DNA of 63,448 bases, taken from the sequence record SRR9188677_103. One strand, 5' to 3'. Positions 56,827 to 63,448 of this stretch are shown one piece after another. The position numbers and the translations under genes are program-made. Position 1 is the first letter of the stretch. Each line of letters opens with the position of its first letter. Under the pieces are notes generated by a model. The model was not told the origin of the DNA. It made no database searches and saw only the letters and a list, made by a program, of their open reading frames with translations.

Positions 56827-57981
56827 CTACTCATTACTGTTCAGGTTAAATACAATGCCAAAACGGAGCGTATTAGACAAAGGATTCCTCGTTACACCGC
56901 TACCCGAAGGCACGAGATAGGAAAAATTCACCTGCATCTGGTCGAGCGAAAAGCCGGCTCCTACCGAAAAAAACTTGCGGTTTCCACGGTTTTTATTCTC
57001 ATAAAAATAACCGGCACGGAAAAAGAACTGTTCATTGTAGGCATATTCGGCACCCAACGATGCCTGCAATGAGTTCAACTGGTTACTGCCATCACTGAAA
57101 GATTTCATCCAGCTCGAAACCACACTGGTTGAACGATAGTCGGCCAGTTTCGAAGAATCAACCGTATAATTACCTGTAGCCGATGGAGCAGATGGCACCA
57201 GCAGTTTGTTGATATCCAAACCGAAACTCACTTTATTACTTTCATTGATCAGTTTAGTATAAGATACTCCCAGACCCAGGTTGGCAGGGATGTAATCTTT
57301 GTTTCTTGAGTCATTTGTATACCCCACTTTACTTCCCAGATTGGATAATACCACCCCCCAGTTTAACCCTTCACCATCCTGATTTACACCGTTATAAAAC
57401 AGCGATACATCTCCTGCCACTGCATTTCCGGCCTTATACACCACGCCGGTTCCTACATCTCCCACCACCAGTCTGGAATTGATATAACGCAGCGCCACAC
57501 CGATACTGAGTTTCTCATTCAGGATCCGTGAATAACCTGCATCAATCGAAAACTCACTGGGTTTTACGGTATTCAGGATATTACCTGAATAATCTGTCAA
57601 CTGTATATTTCCCAGACTGAAAAAACGAATGGACGTTGAAATCGCCTGCTGCTCATCCAATTGGTGGTAGGCAGCCAGACTGGCCAGGTACACATCTGTC
57701 AGACCCAGGTCTTTTAACCAGGGTGTATAGTTAACAGCGATGGCAGATTTTTTCTTCGCAAAAGGCACTTTGGCCAGATTCCAGAAAGGAGCATTGGCAT
57801 CAGGAGAAGTGGCAATGGCCAGATCGCCCATACCCCCCGCCCTTGCATCAGGCGAAATACGCAGAAACGGGACAGCCGTAGATACAATATTTATCGAATC
57901 AGCCTGTGCCAATGCAGCACCTGTTATACCAACCAGCGCAGCTATGCCGGCAACCATCTTACGAACGATCGGACTCATCAA
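56827..57981 (-). CDS. porV: T9SS outer-membrane shuttle PorV
   Basis: Signal peptide; AVPFLRISPDAR.GGMGD, YTPWL, RAGYF, NPLSNTLRF; between porU and ispF. Confidence 0.92.
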   Translation of the reverse strand: MMSPIVRKMVAGIAALVGITGAALAQADSINIVSTAVPFLRISPDARAGGMGDLAIATSPDANAPFWNLAKVPFAKKKSAIAVNYTPWLKDLGLTDVYLASLAAYHQLDEQQAISTSIRFFSLGNIQLTDYSGNILNTVKPSEFSIDAGYSRILNEKLSIGVALRYINSRLVVGDVGTGVVYKAGNAVAGDVSLFYNGVNQDGEGLNWGVVLSNLGSKVGYTNDSRNKDYIPANLGLGVSYTKLINESNKVSFGLDINKLLVPSAPSATGNYTVDSSKLADYRSTSVVSSWMKSFSDGSNQLNSLQASLGAEYAYNEQFFFRAGYFYENKNRGNRKFFSVGAGFSLDQMQVNFSYLVPSGSGVTRNPLSNTLRFGIVFNLNSNE

Positions 57982-58195
57982 AATGAATTTGATTAATGAA
58001 TGATTACTTAATAGAGCATCAAATTACCTCCGGTGCTTCCCGGTACCAAAAAGATTATCGGGCCGGCAAGCCCGTATCCTTCTATACCTGGCTGCCGATG
58101 CTTTCGCATACGCAGACGTAATACAATGATATTACATTAAAACAGAAACGTAAAGAACCCAAAAAAAGTGTAGAAATCAAACCATTCAGACAGTT

Positions 58196-61100
58196 TTAGA
58201 ACAGGATCAGTTGACGGGCAGTTTCTGTTTGACTGCCGCCGGCAACAACTTTAACGCTGTAAATATAAATACCTTTTGTGAGTTTTGCACCCGATTGGTT
58301 ATCCCCAGCCCAATTTATCACGCAATTGCGGGTGCCTCCCGTATTAACAATCCGATGAATCTCCTTTACCAAACCTCCCCCGGTGTTAAAAATCCGGATG
58401 GTTACCGCAAGATCGGTATTGGGTTGGTTATGCTCAAAGCTAAAAGTGGTGGACCCCTGAAAAGGATTGGGAAAATTGCGGATTTCTGTGATCTGCAGCC
58501 TATCTTTTTTTACTACCAGAAAATCCAGCGTTGCTTCACTGGAATTATTGGCTACATCCCAGGCTTTGATCCGGATACTATGTTTTCCTTCGGTTAAGGT
58601 TGGTAATTGAAACCATACCCGCCCCCGCTGGTAGCTGTCCTGTTCAGCCGTATAAAAATCATTCAGTACCTGTATATTTCTTTCCATCCCATCTATTACC
58701 GCCGTAATATCATGCCCGATACCCGATCCGGAAGTGCTGATTCCGGATGAATCGTACAATTTTACCAGCAATACCGGGTTCTCATGCGTTAACCCCCCAT
58801 TCAGAAATGTAGAATCATTCAGGTAGGGTTGGATCTGCGGGCCCGTATTATCGGCAATAAAAGTAGTAGCCGCACCGCCAATTGATAGTTCTGCATTTAC
58901 CCCATTGGCATCCCGGATACCATCTTCGGCATACAAACTGATCCGCGCTTTGCCCGGCTGGTAGGTAATGTCTCTGGGAACGATAAAAGCAAAACTGAAC
59001 CGTCCATTGATAACCGTTGCCATTCCTTTATAGAGAATATTGCTCTGCTGGTTATAGGCAGTAACTATGCTCGCCGGATCGTTACCCCTTGTTTTTACTG
59101 TTTGTTCCTTATCATACACCGTTGGTAAAACCCTTCCATTAAAACCAGACAGGATATTTCCCTGCCCATCCGTAACCTCGCCCGTAAATGTATATTTCTG
59201 CATGGCCCGCAAAGTATCTGCAATAGAGATCGGTGCTCCATTCATCGTGGTTAAACGCACCCGCCCTTCGGGGAAAGCCAGCCGCATGGCAGGGTCTCCG
59301 AGTAAAGTAAATTTGCGGTTATTCAACAAGTCGCCGGTGGTGAGCGATGTGTAATTTTTGGCCTGCTGCACCGATTCGCCCAAACTGAGGTATTGGCCGT
59401 TGGACAAAGGCTTCAGCGCTATCCGCAGGTAATTCTCATTCATCTGCCGGTTGCTGTAAGCAAATACCAGTCTGGTGGTGGTCAGCAAGGCAATGGCCCC
59501 ATTCTCACTGCCGGTAAGAATCCCCATCCCCAATGAATTTTTAGAGGGATCATCGTGCGGGGCAAAGTCACAACTGGCAGTAATAAACAGCGGTAATTTA
59601 TCCGGATTATTAAACCGGTTCAGTTCCTCCTGTGTCAGAACCGCTTCATCGGCCAGTCGCTGGTAACTACCATGCCCGCTGTAATTAACGATGAGTGCTC
59701 CATTAAACACCTGACTCACTATGGCATCATTCACGGCCGGATACCTGGCACCACTACTGCTGCTAACCACAGGAAAAGCATCGAGGTAAATCTTGCCCTG
59801 GTTCTGCAAAGGATTGGATATGGCAGCCGTGGCAGCAATCGCTTCCGCATCTTCCAGGTGCAGATTCAGGTCCTTATCATCTGCCACAAAAACCGTTTGG
59901 TTTCGCCACACACCCATACTGGCAGCTGCATAATAACGAATGATCTTGTTTACCATGATGCGGGCCTCGGCCACTGTACGCGCCGGAATTCTTCCTATCC
60001 CCAGATCAAGGGTAGTTTTGGGATCATTCCGGTTGATATCGTCTCCATCCTTCAGCATACCAAAAAAATCATCAGATGTATGCGTAAACAAAGGTTCCAG
60101 TGAATTAACAGATTCATAGCCCGGTACCAGGTTGCTGTTGCCGGGCACCCGGTTGCGGTAATCGTAAGAGGCACTCCCGAATAACAAAAGGTAACGCGGT
60201 CTTTTAGTCAGGTCGGTACCTGCCCTGTCGTAAAACATCTTTACAAATTCCCGCAGCGCTGTGGGATCCGGCTGGCCACCGGAAAATTCCTGGTATACCT
60301 GTTCTGCAGTTGCTACTACCGTACGGTACCCGTTTTTCTGCTGGTGAAAAGCCGCCAGCCGCTGTGCTTCTGCCAGCAAGGAATTATGCGTGATCATTAT
60401 ATAATCTACCGTACCGGTTCCGTGCAGGTCCTGATTGGCCTGTTTGCCAAGGGCAATGGGTTGCAGCAGGTTGGTGGCAGTGAAAGCGACATACTCCCTC
60501 AGACGGGAAACATCGCGGTTAAAACTAGTTTGTGTGGCATTGCTGCTTACGGTCATAGACTGCGGCTGCAGCGGATCGGTTATTTCCCACACCAGCAGAC
60601 CGGTACCGCTATGAGCGATAGAAAAACTGGCTACGGCCCCCGATTGTACCGAGGCCCAGTCGCGGAAAAAGAGTTGGTTACCGGCTGTAGTAGCCAGTGC
60701 CCTCCGCCCCTGTAGTTCAAACCAGTTCAACCATCCCTGGCTGCCGGCGGCTATAGGTGTATAGTCAAAAGTTACAGCAAGGCTATTGGATGAAACGGAT
60801 ACCTGGCTTTTCTGCGAAGAAGCAGTGGCAGTGGGATCCAGAAAATTACCGCTAACACCGGGGAGTATTACCGATTGAGCGGTTTGCCCGTTCAGTTTCA
60901 CCGAAAAGCTACTGTTGGCACCCACTGAACGTGCTGCCAGATCGGTTAGCAGGGTTACCGGCTGCGTTTGTATCAGACCCGGCCAATCAACGGTGAATGT
61001 TCGGCTGCTGCTGCCTCCAAGGTTGGTAGTAAAAGGTTCTCCATACCATTCTTTACCACTGTTGAGCAGGTTTACCAGGTCGTTTTCGTGAAAATAGTGT

Positions 61101-61621
61101 TCCTGGTAGCTGTTTACGATAAGCGAAGGGTTGATGGCTGGCACTGGTTGGGAGATTCGTTTCCCGTTGCCACCAATCGTTATAAAATAGTATGCGGTAT
61201 CTGTGTACAGGTTTTTCTGGTGTCTGAATCCCTGGCTGGCACTATCTTTCAGCCACCGATGCGGGCCGGGGGCATAAAACAGGAAAAAATCACTGCCATT
61301 AAAGATCCCGTCTCCCCCATCATTCATGTCTATCGGGTTTTCGAACAGGTCATCAGGGCGGGCGCTGGCATTGTTCTCATCCACCATAGCCCCACCATTG
61401 CCGTATAAACGGATCGTTGCCGAAGAAAGATTAGCCGTAGTTATACCCAATGCGGTCAGTAGCGGAACATCTACTTTGTAAACCCCCTCCTGTTTAATAC
61501 CCATCCGGTACCAGTTACCGGCAGCCAGTACAGAATGGGGGGCATAGGCCCGCTGGGCAAAAGATGCGGTACCAGCCAACACCAGAAAACTACATCCCCA
61601 AAAAAATACCCGCAGGTTCAT
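58196..61621 (-). CDS. porU: T9SS sortase PorU (peptidase C25)
   Basis: SVLAAGNWY, GKEWYGE, NYSGHG and TASC catalytic His/Cys, LLGDP, C-terminal T9SS CTD (NFPNPF..GIYIY). Confidence 0.93.
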   Translation of the reverse strand: MNLRVFFWGCSFLVLAGTASFAQRAYAPHSVLAAGNWYRMGIKQEGVYKVDVPLLTALGITTANLSSATIRLYGNGGAMVDENNASARPDDLFENPIDMNDGGDGIFNGSDFFLFYAPGPHRWLKDSASQGFRHQKNLYTDTAYYFITIGGNGKRISQPVPAINPSLIVNSYQEHYFHENDLVNLLNSGKEWYGEPFTTNLGGSSSRTFTVDWPGLIQTQPVTLLTDLAARSVGANSSFSVKLNGQTAQSVILPGVSGNFLDPTATASSQKSQVSVSSNSLAVTFDYTPIAAGSQGWLNWFELQGRRALATTAGNQLFFRDWASVQSGAVASFSIAHSGTGLLVWEITDPLQPQSMTVSSNATQTSFNRDVSRLREYVAFTATNLLQPIALGKQANQDLHGTGTVDYIMITHNSLLAEAQRLAAFHQQKNGYRTVVATAEQVYQEFSGGQPDPTALREFVKMFYDRAGTDLTKRPRYLLLFGSASYDYRNRVPGNSNLVPGYESVNSLEPLFTHTSDDFFGMLKDGDDINRNDPKTTLDLGIGRIPARTVAEARIMVNKIIRYYAAASMGVWRNQTVFVADDKDLNLHLEDAEAIAATAAISNPLQNQGKIYLDAFPVVSSSSGARYPAVNDAIVSQVFNGALIVNYSGHGSYQRLADEAVLTQEELNRFNNPDKLPLFITASCDFAPHDDPSKNSLGMGILTGSENGAIALLTTTRLVFAYSNRQMNENYLRIALKPLSNGQYLSLGESVQQAKNYTSLTTGDLLNNRKFTLLGDPAMRLAFPEGRVRLTTMNGAPISIADTLRAMQKYTFTGEVTDGQGNILSGFNGRVLPTVYDKEQTVKTRGNDPASIVTAYNQQSNILYKGMATVINGRFSFAFIVPRDITYQPGKARISLYAEDGIRDANGVNAELSIGGAATTFIADNTGPQIQPYLNDSTFLNGGLTHENPVLLVKLYDSSGISTSGSGIGHDITAVIDGMERNIQVLNDFYTAEQDSYQRGRVWFQLPTLTEGKHSIRIKAWDVANNSSEATLDFLVVKKDRLQITEIRNFPNPFQGSTTFSFEHNQPNTDLAVTIRIFNTGGGLVKEIHRIVNTGGTRNCVINWAGDNQSGAKLTKGIYIYSVKVVAGGSQTETARQLILF

Positions 61622-61743
61622 AGAATCGGAAGATCGTACAATTAATGAGGCAGCAATGGGCCTGTGTAACGAATCAAGTTTAAAATTAGGCTTTTGCTAA
61701 CATCAAAGCAGGTGTTCTGACAAGCCGATTAACAGAAATCTTA

Positions 61744-61751
61744 TATATTCG
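61744..61751 (+). promoter_or_regulatory. Candidate -7 promoter element of gldJ
   Basis: TATATTCG, one mismatch to TAnnTTTG, ~50 nt upstream of ATG. Confidence 0.35.
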
Positions 61752-61799
61752 CATAGACGTATCTTAGAGAAACCCATATTCCAAATTCAATCTATTGAC

Positions 61800-63365
61800 A
61801 TGCAGTTATTGAAAACAACCAGAAATCTAGTATTGCTTCTGGCAGTGGCAGGTTCTGTGGCCTCCTGTAGTATGCTTAAGAAAAAGAAGGAGAAGTCTAC
61901 AGCAACCGGTTGGAATTACAACGATAAAGACCAGGGCAACTTTGCTGTTGCCAAACCCCAGGATGTGAAAACCGCTCCGGGACTGGTATTTGTGCAGGGT
62001 GGTACTTTTACCATGGGCGCCGCGCAGGAAGATGTGATGGGCGACTGGAACAATATACCCCGCCGTATTACGGTTAACTCCTTTTTTATTGATAAGACCG
62101 AAGTAGCCAACGTACACTACCGCGAGTACCTGTACTGGTTGGAAAATGTGTTCGGACAGGCAGGTATGGACTCTGTAGTAGATCAGGCCAAACCCGATAC
62201 CCTGGTATGGAGAAGTGAGCTGGCTTTTAATGAGCCGTATGTTGAGTATTATTTCCGCCACCCTTCTTATAACTATTACCCCGTAGTAGGTGTAAGCTGG
62301 AAACAGGCCAACGAATATTGTATCTGGCGTACAGACCGTGTAAACGAACTGACGCTGATGAACAAAGGATTCCTGGACAAACGTAGCCAGATCAAAAAAG
62401 AACTGAATGGTGCCGGACAAGACAACTTTAACAGCAAAGCTTATATTATGGGCGAATACCAGGCAACACCTGGCAAAGAAGCCACTTCTAAAAGCAATCC
62501 GCTGAAAGATGCACAGGGCAGACCCCGTACTACCGTGAAATTTGAAGATGGAATCCTTTTCGGAGACTACCGTTTACCAACAGAAGCTGAGTGGGAATAT
62601 GCAGCCTACGGATTTATTATGCAGAATCCGCAGCGTAAGCAGAAAGGCAATTCACGTGGAGAAGAAGTCATCTCCAACAAACAGATCTATGCCTGGAAAA
62701 ATGATGGCTTCGACAATATCCGTTATACCAAAAAAAGTGCCTTCCAGGGTGCTTTCCTGGCCAACTTTAAACGTGGTGCGGGTGACAATATGGGTGTGGC
62801 CGGTGGTTTGAATGATAATGCCGCCATTCCTGCAGAAGTAACTTCCTTCATCCCCAACGGATTTGGCTTGTATAATATGAGTGGAAACGTGAACGAGTGG
62901 GTATTGGATGTGTATCGTCCTATTACCAATGATGGCGAAGATGATTTCAATCCTTACCGTGGTAACGTTTTCAAAAAAGTAGACATGAGCGGTGGTGCAG
63001 GTAACCTGCGCGATGACAAAGGCCGTATCAAAATGGTTCCGGAAGAAGATTCTGCCCTGCGCAGTCGCAGAAATTACCAGAAATCTTATGCCACCAACTT
63101 CCTTGACGGAGACTCTACCAGTAATGTACTGTACAACTACGGTATCACCACCCTGGTATCTGATAAATCAAGGGTGTACAAGGGTGGTAGCTGGAACGAC
63201 AGGGCTTACTGGCTCAGTCCCGGTGCACGCCGCTTCCTCGAAGAAGACCTGAGCACCAATACCCTGGGTTTCCGTTGTGCCATGAACCACTATGGTGCGC
63301 CAGAATCCACTTCTAAAAAATCACAGACCGGTACGTTCTTCCCGAACCGCCGAAATAAAAGATAA
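61800..63365 (+). CDS. gldJ: Gliding motility lipoprotein GldJ (FGE/SUMF1 fold)
   Basis: Lipobox VASC, STATGWNYN, GGTFTMG, RLPTEAEWEYA, NMSGNVNEW, KGGSW, GFRC; divergent from porU. Confidence 0.88.
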   Translation: MQLLKTTRNLVLLLAVAGSVASCSMLKKKKEKSTATGWNYNDKDQGNFAVAKPQDVKTAPGLVFVQGGTFTMGAAQEDVMGDWNNIPRRITVNSFFIDKTEVANVHYREYLYWLENVFGQAGMDSVVDQAKPDTLVWRSELAFNEPYVEYYFRHPSYNYYPVVGVSWKQANEYCIWRTDRVNELTLMNKGFLDKRSQIKKELNGAGQDNFNSKAYIMGEYQATPGKEATSKSNPLKDAQGRPRTTVKFEDGILFGDYRLPTEAEWEYAAYGFIMQNPQRKQKGNSRGEEVISNKQIYAWKNDGFDNIRYTKKSAFQGAFLANFKRGAGDNMGVAGGLNDNAAIPAEVTSFIPNGFGLYNMSGNVNEWVLDVYRPITNDGEDDFNPYRGNVFKKVDMSGGAGNLRDDKGRIKMVPEEDSALRSRRNYQKSYATNFLDGDSTSNVLYNYGITTLVSDKSRVYKGGSWNDRAYWLSPGARRFLEEDLSTNTLGFRCAMNHYGAPESTSKKSQTGTFFPNRRNKR

Positions 63366-63385
63366 GGAAAAGGTAGAAATACAGC

Positions 63386-63420
63386 AAAAGCCATCTCTGC
63401 AAAGAGGTGGCTTTTTATTT
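63386..63420 (+). terminator. Intrinsic terminator of gldJ
   Basis: AAAAGCCATCTCT-GCAA-AGAGGTGGCTTTT stem (one G-U) with GNRA loop, followed by T-rich tail. Confidence 0.85.
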
Positions 63421-63448
63421 AATGAGTGAATGAGTGGATGATAGAATG

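Noticed and set aside
61827-62420. 197-aa minus-strand ORF
   Set aside because: Antisense to gldJ
63421-63448. AATGAGTG-like octamer repeats at the window end
   Set aside because: Two to three degenerate copies, truncated; not CRISPR-like

Overview
Bacteroidota chromosomal region (T9SS/gliding genes and TAnnTTTG-type promoters; plausibly Chitinophagaceae, by inference only). About 56 kb is minus-strand surface-glycan genes. (1) A >43 kb operon-like locus, truncated at the left edge, starts with SLBB/KpsD-like export, Wzz-like and Wzm/Wzt genes. It continues with about 39 mostly sugar-building and tailoring enzymes in apparent modules: a GDP-heptose pathway with a C-methyltransferase, a low-GC split-transketolase block, a CBS-kinase/NeuB-TIM fusion/NeuA block, and a pseudaminic-acid block interrupted by a second divergent NeuB cassette. 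Only one clear and one candidate glycosyltransferase are visible in it. (2) gmd-fcl and a nucleotide-sugar dehydrogenase. (3) A cluster ordered like the Campylobacter pgl locus (PglK-like ABC, 3 GT2, PglC/D/E/F-like) but without an oligosaccharyltransferase. The right end holds ispF-porV-porU and divergent gldJ. No mobile elements, CRISPR arrays or RNA genes were recognised. The most promising signal is predicted chemistry for unusual sugars (three NeuB-family synthases with no NeuC/LegG or PseB in the window; a possible C-methylated heptose). All assignments come from motif recognition by eye; no database searches were run.
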